A stretch of DNA of 64,000 bases from an uncultured Candidatus Rokubacteria bacterium (GTDB lineage: Bacteria; Methylomirabilota; Methylomirabilia; Rokubacteriales; CSP1-6): NCBI GenBank assembly GCA_963789955.1, contig CAWBMV010000034.1, positions 352,001-416,000 of the forward strand. Reading direction: 5' to 3'. The translations under genes were made by a program, and so were the position numbers. The notes beneath the pieces were generated by a model. It saw only the letters and a list, made by a program, of their open reading frames with translations, ran no database searches and was not told the origin of the DNA. This document shows positions 32,289-43,962 of this stretch, piece by piece (the stretch's first letter is position 1; the number at the start of each line of letters is the position of its first letter).

Positions 32289-32750
32289 TTAGTTTGTCGC
32301 CAGTCTGAGAACCACGCGGTTTGACGGCGCGCCGGTCTTGGGCGCCACCACGAACACCACACTGTCGGAGCCGATCTCCAGCAGGCGGCCATCCCCGAGC
32401 GTGTCGCCGGGTTTGAGGATGTACCCGATGCCATCGGGCGCTTCGACCAGCGCGAGCGCCGAGCGATTGCTGCGAACGATACCCGTGAGCCGAGTCGCTG
32501 CCACCGTGAGTCCTCCGGAGCCCTCGCGTACTTCGAGGGTTTCGAATGGATCGCGGCGCCCCTTCGGGTCGTACTTCGGCACCGCGATGACGACTTCGGC
32601 CGGCACCGCCTGTACGGCGGCCGCGGGTTGGGAGGCGGCGGGCGGCTTCGGCGGCGCAGAGGGAGGCGTGCTCCCACATGCGCCCAGCAACACCACGAAG
32701 CCGACCGACATCAGCACCCCCCGGTGTGCGTGCATATGTCTGGTCCTCAC
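32289..32750 (-). CDS. pilP: Type IV pilus lipoprotein PilP
   Basis: Lipobox LGAC, YDPKGRRDPF, ALVEAPDGIGY. Confidence 0.85.
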   Translation of the reverse strand: MRTRHMHAHRGVLMSVGFVVLLGACGSTPPSAPPKPPAASQPAAAVQAVPAEVVIAVPKYDPKGRRDPFETLEVREGSGGLTVAATRLTGIVRSNRSALALVEAPDGIGYILKPGDTLGDGRLLEIGSDSVVFVVAPKTGAPSNRVVLRLATN

Positions 32751-33343
32751 CTTGGCTTCGGCGCCGGCGCCGAGCCCACAGGACGGTACATGTACGTCGC
32801 CAGGACCAGCTCGGCGCGGATCGGGTTGCGCGGCCGGTTGAGACCGCTCAACTTGATCTCCGTGACATTCACGACGCGCGCCAGCTTGGCGACCCGCTCG
32901 AAGAACTCGCCGAGCTGGTGGTAGCTCGCCTCGGCGTTCACGGCGATCGGGATCTCGCTGTAGTAGTCCCGCACCGCCGGTGGCCGAGGCTGGAAGAGCG
33001 AGACGGCCAGCCCCGACGCCGTCGCGGCGTCAGACAGCGACCGGTAGAGGGTCGGGATCTCCTTCTCGCCGGGAAGCCTGTCTTTGAGCGCGTTGAGGCG
33101 GGCTTCGAGCTCCGTGACCTCGCGACGATACTTCAGCAGGTCGGCGACGATCGCCTTGCTGCGCGTGATCTCGCTCTGCAGCGAGCTCAGCTCGGCATGG
33201 AGCTGCGAGACCTGCGCCTGGGCAGGTGCCAGGAGGAGGAAATAGGCGGCGGCCGCGATGACGATCGCTCCCATGACGCCGACGACGAGCTTCTGCGATC
33301 GGGGGGCGTTGACGATCGGGTCGAAGATCGGTGGGAGCGCCAT
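32747..33343 (-). CDS. pilO: Type IV pilus assembly protein PilO
   Basis: TM plus coiled coil, LPGEKEIP, YHQLGEFFERVAKLARVV; position in the MNOPQ operon. Confidence 0.9.
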   Translation of the reverse strand: MALPPIFDPIVNAPRSQKLVVGVMGAIVIAAAAYFLLLAPAQAQVSQLHAELSSLQSEITRSKAIVADLLKYRREVTELEARLNALKDRLPGEKEIPTLYRSLSDAATASGLAVSLFQPRPPAVRDYYSEIPIAVNAEASYHQLGEFFERVAKLARVVNVTEIKLSGLNRPRNPIRAELVLATYMYRPVGSAPAPKPR

Positions 33344-33344
33344 C

Positions 33345-33911
33345 TCAGCCCTCGAACCGGCAGGTGACTTCGAACGTCACCAGTGGCGCCGGACGGCCCA
33401 GGTCCCGGCGGGTCACGACGAGGTCGACGTCCTTGAACTTCCCCGAAGACCGCAGATTGGACATGAAATCGGAGATCGCCGTGGGGGAGAATGCGGACCC
33501 GGTGATCTTGATCTGTCCGCTCCGTTCCTCCAAAGCGGTCACCCAGAGATCGTTCGGGATCACGCTCGCGAAGGCGTCGACGAGCTCGATTTTCTGTCCC
33601 GGAGCCCGGGTGATCGCCTCGATCACGTCGACGCGCTTGCGCAGCTCGGTCGCCAGGTCGCGGACCTTGCTTTCCTGGCCTATCTGCTGCTTCAGCAGGG
33701 CGAGATCCTTCTGCGCCCGATCGATCTCGGCCGTGAGGTTGGCCTGCGTCGCGGCCAGCACCCACCAGTACACGCCGATGAAAAGCAGGAGGCCAAGGTA
33801 GACGACGCCGAACAGCAAGCCCAGATTGAAAGCCGGCAGGCCGATCTTGAATCCCTTGAACCCGGCGCCGCGCCGGCGGCCGCGCTCGGGCGCGAGGTTG
33901 ATCCTGATCAT
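33345..33911 (-). CDS. pilN: Type IV pilus assembly protein PilN
   Basis: MIRINL N-terminus, TM, IPNDLW. Confidence 0.9.
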   Translation of the reverse strand: MIRINLAPERGRRRGAGFKGFKIGLPAFNLGLLFGVVYLGLLLFIGVYWWVLAATQANLTAEIDRAQKDLALLKQQIGQESKVRDLATELRKRVDVIEAITRAPGQKIELVDAFASVIPNDLWVTALEERSGQIKITGSAFSPTAISDFMSNLRSSGKFKDVDLVVTRRDLGRPAPLVTFEVTCRFEG

Positions 33912-34957
33912 TTCGATTTGTCCCCCGGCCGCCGCAGCGCCAGCCCAACAGCCACGGCGAGAGACGGCCCGGCGGCGTGGACTTCGTCCGCGTACCCCGG
34001 ATCGATCTCGATGCGCTGGAACGGCTTGGTGAGCTCGACCGGGATGCCCCAGTTCGACGACAGGTAGTCGCTGAGCCCGGGCAGCTGGGCGCATCCTCCG
34101 GCGAGAACGATCTTTCCAATGCGCTCGGATTCGGCCGTCGACGCGAAATAGTCGAAGGTCCGTTGAACCTCGAGCGACAACTCGCGCGACACCGCTTCGA
34201 GGGCCGGCACGACGGTCTCCCAGCGGACACCGACGTCGCGGCCGAGCTTGGCGGCCTCCGCCTGCTCGAATGGAATCTTGAGCTGCTGCGCGATGGCCTG
34301 CGTGTAGTTGTTACCGCCGAAGGGAATGTCGCGAGCGAAGATCGTCGAGCCGGCGCGGACCACGTTGGTCTTCATGATCGAGGCGCCGATGTCGATGAGT
34401 GCGACCGTCTCTCCGCGATCGCCCGGATAGTTCAGCTCGAACTGATTGCCGAGCGCGAAGCTGTCGACATCGACGATCGAGGGGGTCAGGCCCGCTTCCT
34501 CGACGACGGCGGCGTACTCGAGCACCTTCGACTTCTTCACCGCGACCAGGATCAGGTCGAGGACACCGTTGTGCTGGCCGATGCTCTGATAGTCGAGGAA
34601 CACCTCGTCGATGGCGAAGGGCACGTGATGCTCGGCCTCGAGCTGGACGACGTCGCCGACTTCCTTCGCCGGCACCTCCGGAATCTGCACTTTCTTGATG
34701 ATCAGTTCCCGGCCGCAGACCGCAATGGCGCAGCCCGTGCCCTTGAGCCCGGCCCGGGAGACGGCGCTTCGGATGGCCTCGACGACCGTCGTGGGGTCCT
34801 TGATGGTGCCATCCGTGATGGCATCCGGGGGAAGGGGTGCGACCCCCAGAGAGGTCAGCGTGTGGGACCCGCCCGACTCCTTGACGTGGACGGCCTTCAC
34901 ACCGCTCGACCCGATGTCGAGGCCGAAAATTTCCGGAGACTTGCGGAAGAACGCCAT
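33908..34957 (-). CDS. pilM: Type IV pilus assembly protein PilM
   Basis: GLDIGSSGVK, LIDIGAS, LAGGCA, VAVGLALR. Confidence 0.95.
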   Translation of the reverse strand: MAFFRKSPEIFGLDIGSSGVKAVHVKESGGSHTLTSLGVAPLPPDAITDGTIKDPTTVVEAIRSAVSRAGLKGTGCAIAVCGRELIIKKVQIPEVPAKEVGDVVQLEAEHHVPFAIDEVFLDYQSIGQHNGVLDLILVAVKKSKVLEYAAVVEEAGLTPSIVDVDSFALGNQFELNYPGDRGETVALIDIGASIMKTNVVRAGSTIFARDIPFGGNNYTQAIAQQLKIPFEQAEAAKLGRDVGVRWETVVPALEAVSRELSLEVQRTFDYFASTAESERIGKIVLAGGCAQLPGLSDYLSSNWGIPVELTKPFQRIEIDPGYADEVHAAGPSLAVAVGLALRRPGDKSK

Positions 34958-34983
34958 ATTAAAAGCCTTTCTCCCTGTTGGCT

Positions 34984-35038
34984 ATGTAGTATAGGGCGGC
35001 CCCCGTCGGGGGGGCCAGTATTTTCCCATCTACTACAT
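34984..35038 (-). promoter_or_regulatory. Structured 5' leader of pilM (nested hairpin)
   Basis: ATGTAGTA (34984-34991) pairs with TACTACAT (35031-35038), enclosing GGCCCCC/GGGGGCC (34998-35016). Confidence 0.45.
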
Positions 35039-35230
35039 TCAGGGTCTTACGCAGCCCCGGCCCCCAGACCATGGAACGTTCTGTGCCAGCCTCGCGCCCG
35101 CCGACCAGGCTTCTTGACCCTGCTCGGTACCGCGCGACGCCCGGAATTCGTGACCGCGGGCTCGTCCGACCCCGGGTTCCGGACGTTGGCGACATGGCGG
35201 GATCTTCAGGGTTCCCGGCTCTCATGGCGT

Positions 35231-36578
35231 CTACTGATCGGTCCAGCTCTGCATCGTGACGAATCGGCGTTTGAGCACGTTCTGTACGAGGCCAAGAGCC
35301 TCGTTGCTGTATAAAATGTCGGGTTTGCCTGCGCTGTCGCTCTCGACGTTCGCGACGGCGGCCGGATTGAGCTCATTCACGATCGCGGCGCCGTACACGG
35401 CCTGATTGCCGTCGCCTCGGAAGCGAATACCGACGTTGCGTCCGGTGACGACGATCGGTCCGTTCCAGCGGAAGTTCCCGCTGATCTCCACGACGCTGTT
35501 CTCGACGATGAGAATGCCGGTGCCGGAGCTCGTGCCCGCGAGACTGAGTGACGTGTAGCGTCTGTCGGCGTCGGATAGTGCGCCACGGATGTAGACGATC
35601 TTGGGGTGCGCGCTCGTGCCCCAGCATGTGGAGCTCTCGATATCGGTCCCGCAGGTCGAGCCGATATTGCTGAGTGACGATCCATTGCCCGAGACTGGCG
35701 TTGATCGTCACGTCGGCCGTCGATTTCGCGGCGTCGACGAACTCCGCGACCGCCTGCGACGTCAGCGTGCCGTCGGCCCGAATGGTGTTGGCTCCGCGCG
35801 TCGTCGCGCCGGGGTCAGTCCGGTCCTTGCCGCGGACGTCGATCCGCGGGCCGGCCGCCAATGTCGGTCTCGAGCCGGGCGGCGAGAGCCGGCAGCTCGC
35901 CGTTGACCGCAACGCCATAGACGGCCGTCGCGGCGCCCGTCGGCGCGCCGGGGCGATCGGCGATCTTCGTGTCACGGCCGTCGATCACGAAGCTGGAGAC
36001 GCTGAGGTCCGCCTGCGCGCCGGGGAAGGCGAGCGCGCTGTTGATTGGAAGCGCGGCGGTCTTGGAGATGACCACCACGGTGATCGTGCGTGTGGTCGTG
36101 CCGATCGTCCCGCTGGACGTGACGATGACCTTGCAGTTGCCGTCGTGCGTCGCGTCGCCGGGAGCCGCCGAGTCGCAGCTGCCGATGTTGGTGTCGATCG
36201 CGACGCCGGTCAGCTTGTCGTCGCCAGGCTGGCAGTCGTTGCGGATCCGGACCGTGAACGTGCCGTGCGCGTTGCTGAGACCGGGAAGAGCCGAATTGGG
36301 CACCACCGAGCACCGCACCCTGCGCGCACGTGGCCCCGAGGAGGTAGTCGTTCCACGAGCCCACGTTCGAGGCGAGCGTATCGTACGCATACTCGATGCC
36401 GGCCTCGGCGACGTAGCGGGCGCGAACCGTCTCGCTGTGATTACGGGAGATCTGCGGCTCGAAGGCGCTCGCGGACAGGAACGCCAGCACCAGCCCGGTG
36501 AGGGTCAGCAAGATCATCAGGGCCAGGACGAGCGCCACGCCGTGTTCGTTGTCGATCAGCCGGCTGATTTTGCTGCAT
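35231..36578 (-). CDS. pilX: PilX-like minor pilin (several frameshifts)
   Basis: NEHGVALVLALMILLTLTGL, ARYVAEAGIE; C-terminal GTGILIV / FRWNGPIVV beta-rich region. Confidence 0.7.
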
Positions 36579-36605
36579 GACCTCAGTCGCGCTTCGGCGG
36601 GCGCG

Positions 36606-37046
36606 TCAGCTTCGGGTCACGAGCATGGTGACCACGTCGAGTCGCCGTTCCTGATCGACCTGGCCCCGTCCCGTGACCGGCCGATAGAAGACCGTGACCT
36701 GCACGAGCTTGCAGCTCGCCGCGCACGCGCCCCCGGGACTGTCGGTGATCGTCGTCACGCGCCGGTAGAGCGAGGCGTCGGCGACGGAGCCGTAGCCCTC
36801 CGATCGTGGTGCCGGCCTCCAGGGTCGCGCTCGACCAGTTGGTCAGCGCCATCGCCTTGAGCCATTCGAGCCGCTGTTCGGCGAGGAAGGTGGCGGTCGT
36901 CTCGCCCTTGCCGATCTCGATCGCCGCTGGTGGCGTACTGAAATCCAGTGACGACGCCCACTAGACCGATGGCGAGTACGAAGATCGCGACGAGGACCTC
37001 GCCCGAGACGTGAAGCCGAGCCGGCGTTGCGCATTCGCTGTCTCAT
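36606..37046 (-). CDS. pilV: PilV-like minor pilin (frameshifted)
   Basis: GFT..EVLVAIFVLAIGLVGV, ATFLAEQRLE, CKLVQVTV. Confidence 0.65.
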
Positions 37047-37497
37047 CGCACGCTGACGCGGCCGGTCGCGGCGACGACGACGGTCCTTGTGCGCGTTGCT
37101 CGTCGGGTTCGTCAGCGTGTAGGTGCCGGCCGGGCTGGCAGCGCCCAGGCTCGTGAAGACGACGTTCGCGGTCGTGCTGACGTGAAAGGCGCTCGAGTCC
37201 GAGATCCTGATGGCGCCGACGCGATCGGTCCCGGGTCCGATCCAGACCGTACCGCCGCACCCGCCGGTCTTCAGCCGGAGGTGCGCCGGGGCGGCAACCT
37301 CGACGCACACCGTCGTATTCCGGGAGATCGCGATCTGACGACGCGAGATTGATCGAGGTCGCGAGCTCGCGCGCGGCCGCCTGGAGCGCCGCTGTCCTCG
37401 CATAGCTCAAGAGCGTCGGCGCGACGAAGGTCGCGAGAACCCCGGTGATCGCCAGAACCACCATGAGCTCGGCCAGAGTGAACCCGCGGGCATTCAT
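37043..37497 (-). CDS. fimT: FimT/GspH-like minor pilin (frameshifted)
   Basis: MNARGFTLAELMVVLAITGVL, VVFTSLG, VAATGRV. Confidence 0.75.
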
Positions 37498-38288
37498 CCG
37501 CCCAATCCGCCCACCCACCAGTCGAAGACTCGTTCGCCCCAGAAGAGGGCCATCGCCCCACCCGCGGCAAGGAACGGGCCAAACGGAATAGGATCTTTTC
37601 GGCTACGCAGACCCGCGGCCAAAAGCACGGCCCCGACCGCGCCACCCAAGACGATCGCGACGAACAGAGCGAACAGCAATGCCTTCCACCCGAGAAACGC
37701 GCCGAGCATCGCGCCAAGCTTCAGGTCGCCGCCACCCATGCCGCCCCGGCTTCCGACGATGATCACCAGGAATACACCGCCGCCGACGAGCATGCCGACA
37801 GTCGAGTCGACCCATGAAATGCGCCCTGTCGCGAGGTTGAGGAGCAGCCCGGCGAGGATCCCGGGCAAGGTGATGGCGTCCGGAATGAGCTGATGCTCAA
37901 GATCGATCCCGGTAATCGCGATGAGTGCCGGCAACAGCACGAGCGCGACGACGAAGTTGGCGGTCGCGCCGAGGACGACATACGCCAGGACCAGGACCGT
38001 CGCCGTGATCATCTCGACGATCGGATAGCGCCAGGAGATCGGCATGCCGCACGCCCGACAACGGCCGCGGAGCGCCAGAAACGACAGCACCGGGATGTTG
38101 TCGTACCACTTCAGCAGTGCACTGCAGCCTGGGCAGGCGGAGCCGGGCCGCACGAGGCTGCGCCCCGCCGGGACGCGGGCGACTACGACGTTGAGAAAGC
38201 TGCCGATGGAGAGTCCGAAGAGAGCGACGGCGACAAGAATCCCGGTCGGCCATTCATCAGCGACGGCTCCCAGTTGTGCCACGATCAC
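37494..38288 (-). CDS. pilD: Prepilin peptidase / N-methyltransferase
   Basis: IGSFLNVVVAR, SACPGC, DNIPVLS..LRGRCRAC, MGGGDLKL, IPFGPFL. Confidence 0.95.
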   Translation of the reverse strand: MIVAQLGAVADEWPTGILVAVALFGLSIGSFLNVVVARVPAGRSLVRPGSACPGCSALLKWYDNIPVLSFLALRGRCRACGMPISWRYPIVEMITATVLVLAYVVLGATANFVVALVLLPALIAITGIDLEHQLIPDAITLPGILAGLLLNLATGRISWVDSTVGMLVGGGVFLVIIVGSRGGMGGGDLKLGAMLGAFLGWKALLFALFVAIVLGGAVGAVLLAAGLRSRKDPIPFGPFLAAGGAMALFWGERVFDWWVGGLGG

Positions 38289-40186
38289 CAGGTCGGGAGA
38301 AACGCGGGCCCGAGCGTGCTTGCTTTCTTGGTGTCGAACATCCCGAGGATCCCCCACGCTGTCCGGGCGGCGCGCGAATTTCCCTGGTTGAGGTGGACGC
38401 GGCAGAGCCCGTCCCAGGCCGTCGGCGCGTCGTACTTCAGCCAGATGGCCTGACGGAAGAAGCTCAACGCCTCCAGGTATTCTCGGCGCTCGGCGTGCGC
38501 GAACCCCGCATTGACGTGAGCAAGGACGTGTTCGGGTTTGGCTTTGATAGCGCGCTCGAGGAACACGAGCGCTTCGTCCGGACGCTTCGCGGCGAGCAGG
38601 GTCGCGGCCATGTTGGTGAGCGCGTCGGCATCCTTCGGCTTCCGCTCGAGGTACTGGGTGTAGATTGCAAGCGCGCGGGGATAGTCGCCGAGTAGCGCGT
38701 ACGTGTGGCCCAGGTGCTGCAGGGTCTTGGGTTCGCCCGGTCGGAGTGCCATCACGCGCTCGAATTCGGCCTTGGCCAGCTCCAGATGGCCCTGAGTGGA
38801 GAGCAGCACACCCAGGTTGCCGCGGCAGAGCGCGCAATTCGGCTCGGACTCGATCGCGTACCGCCAGAGATTCTCCGTATCCCTCCAGATCTGGACCTGC
38901 TGAGCGCTCAGATAGGCGAGACCACAGAACCACAGCACGCCGAGTCCCGCCAAGACTTTGAGGAATGGCGGGCGAAGGGCCCCGGTCGCTCCGAGCTGAA
39001 TGACCCCGCCGACAAGGGCACCGACGAGCAACGCGAGCGCCAATCCCGGGAGATAGCTGTATCGGTCATTCGTCAGCTGGTATCCGGAGTGGATGATCCC
39101 GATCACGGGACCGAGCGCAATGGCATAGCAAGCCCAGACCGCGAGGCCCGCCGGCCACCGCTTCCTCAGGACGACCACCGCCGCGGTGATCATCGTCACG
39201 GCGATCGCCGGCACGAGGAACTGTCGGTCCAGCAGGCTCACCCGCTCAGGAAGCTCGTAGAGGGGCGACAGCCCCTGCGGTACCACGGTCTTCGCGAGGT
39301 AGAACCACAGGCTGTAGAACACCATGGCGGGCCGGGCGGACAACGGGTATCGCTCCAGTGGCGTGATGAAGCTGTTCGCGTTCTGTGCGTAGTACCCGAG
39401 GGCGGCACCCAACACGCCGAGGAACATGAACGGAACCTTTTCGAGCCAGACCGTCCGCGCCGCTGCTCCCGTCCACTCTTGCCAGCGACCGCCCAGCCGC
39501 CGGAGCGGGTAGACGTCGAGCACCACGAGCATCAGGGGCAGCACCATCACGCTCGACTTCGAGACAAGAGCCAGCACGTACATGCCGACCGATCCCGCGA
39601 GCAGCCATCTCCGGCGTTTCCCTGCCGCTTCGACGGCCACGAGGTACAGCAGGATGGTCAGAAGAAAGAACAGCCCGGCGAGAACATCGCGCCGCTCGGT
39701 GGCCCACCCGACGGACTCGGCGCGCAGCGGGTGGATGACGAAGAACAGTGTGGCCGCGATCGCCGACACGCGAAGCGTTCCGTCCGCGAAGGCGGTGGCG
39801 TGGCGCAGTATACGTAGCGCGACGAAGTAGAAGACCGGCGCGTTGGCGGCGAAGATGATCAGGCTCGTCAGATGATAGCCGGCCGGATTCATTCCCCAGA
39901 GGACGTAGTCGAGGCCGAGCGTGAGCCAGGTTAGCGGAATCCAATGGCCCATCAGCGTCGTGCTGAACATCCACCGGATCTGCGGCCAGGTGAGGCCCCG
40001 ATACGCCGGGTTTTCCAGAAAATTCATGTAGTCGTCCCACGCGACGAATCCGTTCCAGAGCGTGGGCAGGAAGACCAGGAACGTGACCAGGGCGAGCGCG
40101 GCCGGGATGACCCAAGGACCGATGAGGATGCTCAGTGACGTTGGGAGCGGGCTGTGCTCGGACTTGGTCGGCCGCGCGGATACCAC
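38285..40186 (-). CDS. TMTC-like membrane glycosyltransferase with C-terminal TPRs (putative protein O-mannosyltransferase)
   Basis: FVAWDD, HWIPLTWL, GYHLT, HPLRAESVGWATERRDVL, DRYSYLP, WRDTENLW, then TPR repeats; start may be further upstream (to 40267). Confidence 0.8.
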   Translation of the reverse strand: MVSARPTKSEHSPLPTSLSILIGPWVIPAALALVTFLVFLPTLWNGFVAWDDYMNFLENPAYRGLTWPQIRWMFSTTLMGHWIPLTWLTLGLDYVLWGMNPAGYHLTSLIIFAANAPVFYFVALRILRHATAFADGTLRVSAIAATLFFVIHPLRAESVGWATERRDVLAGLFFLLTILLYLVAVEAAGKRRRWLLAGSVGMYVLALVSKSSVMVLPLMLVVLDVYPLRRLGGRWQEWTGAAARTVWLEKVPFMFLGVLGAALGYYAQNANSFITPLERYPLSARPAMVFYSLWFYLAKTVVPQGLSPLYELPERVSLLDRQFLVPAIAVTMITAAVVVLRKRWPAGLAVWACYAIALGPVIGIIHSGYQLTNDRYSYLPGLALALLVGALVGGVIQLGATGALRPPFLKVLAGLGVLWFCGLAYLSAQQVQIWRDTENLWRYAIESEPNCALCRGNLGVLLSTQGHLELAKAEFERVMALRPGEPKTLQHLGHTYALLGDYPRALAIYTQYLERKPKDADALTNMAATLLAAKRPDEALVFLERAIKAKPEHVLAHVNAGFAHAERREYLEALSFFRQAIWLKYDAPTAWDGLCRVHLNQGNSRAARTAWGILGMFDTKKASTLGPAFLPTW

Positions 40187-40268
40187 CGCTCCGACCTCGA
40201 CGCCTTCGATACGTGACAAGAATTTCCCCTCTCGACCCGGGAGACCGTTCTCAGCGTGCGGGCACAAG

Positions 40269-40303
40269 CACGCGCGGGAAGAGAGTGACTCTTCCCGCGC
40301 GTG
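40269..40303 (-). terminator. Perfect 15-bp hairpin just after pilA
   Basis: CACGCGCGGGAAGAG-AGTGA-CTCTTCCCGCGCGTG. Confidence 0.65.
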
Positions 40304-40321
40304 GGTGCGATGTTTGAGCCG

Positions 40322-40738
40322 TTACGGCAGCGAGACGGACGTGTTGTCGCCGCTCGCGGAGATCACGAAGGTGCCGGCCGCCGTGTCACTGGTGAAGGCA
40401 TACGTACCGGTCCAGCCAGCCGGAGGAGTCGGAATCGTCGCCATGAACGGACCAGCCGACTGGTTGAGGGTGTTCACCGCGACCGCCGTCAGCACGCTGA
40501 GCCCGTTGGAAGGCGGCACGACGCCCATGTGCGCGGAGTAGATCGACACCGCCGACGCGAGGGCACGCGCGTCAGCCTGGGCCTTGGCGATCCGGGCGCG
40601 AGCCTGAACGTTGGCGTAGAGCGGGATGGCGATGGCCGCCAGGATGCCGATGATCGCGACAACGATCATCAGCTCGATGAGGGTGAAGCCTCGCTGGTTC
40701 GCTACCGTGAGCCGCTTTTTGGTCCACCACCGAATCAT
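40322..40738 (-). CDS. pilA: Type IVa major pilin
   Basis: QRG/FTLIELMIVVAIIGILAAIAIP; SD AAGGAGG; own sigma-54 promoter; next to pilR. Confidence 0.9.
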   Translation of the reverse strand: MIRWWTKKRLTVANQRGFTLIELMIVVAIIGILAAIAIPLYANVQARARIAKAQADARALASAVSIYSAHMGVVPPSNGLSVLTAVAVNTLNQSAGPFMATIPTPPAGWTGTYAFTSDTAAGTFVISASGDNTSVSLP

Positions 40739-40798
40739 TGTTGCCTCCTTATTGTGTGCGCTGCACTGAAGCTATTTGTTTCTCGTAACCGGTGAAGA

Positions 40799-40814
40799 TG
40801 CAGCTTCAGTGCCA
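40799..40814 (-). promoter_or_regulatory. Sigma-54 (-24/-12) promoter of pilA
   Basis: Minus strand TGGCAC-TGAAG-CTGCA matches TGGCAC-N5-TTGCW. Confidence 0.75.
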
Positions 40815-40963
40815 CCGCCCCTAGGGCTAGCCAGGCAGCCTTTTCAGTCATTTAGGTCTAAATTTCCGGACAGCCGCAGGTTCTGCCTGACAGGCCGTGG
40901 CAATCGAGGTGACGAAAAGCGACAAGTCGAGGGGCGCGCCCACGGAGTTCACCGGCAGCGGCG

Positions 40964-42341
<1,378 letters not shown>

Positions 42342-42349
<8 letters not shown>

Positions 42350-43958
42350 GGCGGGCCGGCAGGGTGAGCGTGAAGGTCGTGCCCAGGCTGGGCGCGCTCC
42401 GAACGTCGATCTCGCCGCCGTGCTCCTGGACGACACGGTGGACCAGCGCGAGCCCGAGCCCGGTTCCCTCCGACTTGGTGGAGAAGAAGGGCTCGAACAC
42501 GTGCGAGATGTCGGCGGCGGCGATGCCCTCGCCGGTATCGCTGATCGTGACCTCGAGCGTGTCGCCGCGGACGGCGACGGCGACCCGAAGCTCGCCGCCC
42601 TCCGGCATCGCCTCGACCGCGTTCAAGCACAGATTCCAGAGAATCTGTCGGAACTGCTGCGCGTCGACCGGCCACATGACGGACGGCGCGAACTCTCGAG
42701 CCACCTTCAGGCTGCCGGGCGCGGCGCGATGCTCCAGCAGCACCAGCACCTCCTCGGCGGCGGCCGCCACGTCGAAGGTCGTGATCGACAGCGGCGCGGG
42801 CCGCGCGTATTCGAGGAAGTTCTTGATGATGTGGTTGAGCCGCTCGGACTCGCGCGCCACGATCTGCGAGAGCCGCTCGCGGGCGTCCTCGGCGGTGTTG
42901 GGGCTGGTGAGGACCTCGATCGCGCCGGTGAGAGACGCGAGCGGGTTGCGAATCTCGTGCGCGATGTTCGCGGACATTCGCCCGAGCGTCGCCAGACGGT
43001 CGGCTTGCCGCATCCGCGACTCCATGGCGCGAATCGCCGAAAGGTCCTCGCAGGCGCTGATGAGTCCCAGCCGCTCGCCCTCGCCCGAGCGCAGGGCCGA
43101 AAAGGTCATGCGCACGGGGACCGTCGAGCCGTCGGGCCGGCGTAGCGCCGTCTCATGCCGCATCGACGCGCGCGGGTTGCCGTCGATCGTGGCCTCGATC
43201 GAGGCCAGGGGCACCGCCGCGCCGATCAGCGCCGGCCAATGGCTGCCGATCGCCTGGGCGGCCGTCACGCCGATGATCTCCTCGGCGGCGCGATTGAACG
43301 CGGTGATTCGATGCGCGCGATCGAGCGCGATCAGGCCGGTGCCGGCGGACTGAAAGATCAGGTCCTTGAAGGCCTGCAGGTCGCGCAGATCCTTCTGCCG
43401 GGTCTCGAGCTCCTGGCTGGTGGCGCGGTATCGCTCGCCGAGGCCGCCGGCGACGATCGCGACGACGAGGAGCGTCGCCGCGTTGAGAAACATCGTCACC
43501 AGCTCGAGCGCCGTCGTCTCCTGGGGCGCGTCGAGGAACAGCGTGAGCGGCAGCACGGTGCGCGCGATCACGATTCCGGTATAGAGCACGCTGCAAGCCG
43601 CCGCGATGGCGAGGCCGCGCGTGCGGGACAACATCACGCACGCGGCGGTGACCGAGAGCACGTACAGGAAGGCGAAGATCGACCGCGAGCCGCCGGTGGC
43701 CGCCACCACCGCGGTGATGAGCGCGGAGTCGAGCAGGCAGATGAACCACGCGAGGCGGCGCGGCTGGGCCGGCGGGCCGAGCAGCAGCATCGCGCTCGAT
43801 GACGCGAGCGCGATGATCAGCGCGGTGGCGAGAATCTGGCTCTCGCCCGGCATGAGGCCGGACGGCACGAACGGCGCGAGCGCCAGGAGGACCAGCGAGA
43901 CCCCGAGCCGCGCCCAGGCAAATCCCTGGAGCGGCCCGCCGACGGTGAGCGCTTTCAC
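42342..43958 (-). CDS. pilS: Sensor histidine kinase PilS
   Basis: Multi-TM N-terminus with TGGSRSIF, PAS, AHEIRNPL, GTGLGL. Confidence 0.9.
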
Positions 43959-43962
43959 TACG

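Noticed and set aside
35073..35089. Sigma-54 promoter for pilM (CTGGCACAGAACGTTCC on the minus strand)
   Set aside because: The -24 box is good but the -12 GC is missing, so I did not call it.
40322..40738. Conductive e-pilin
   Set aside because: It is a full-length 121-aa pilin with few, widely spaced aromatic residues.
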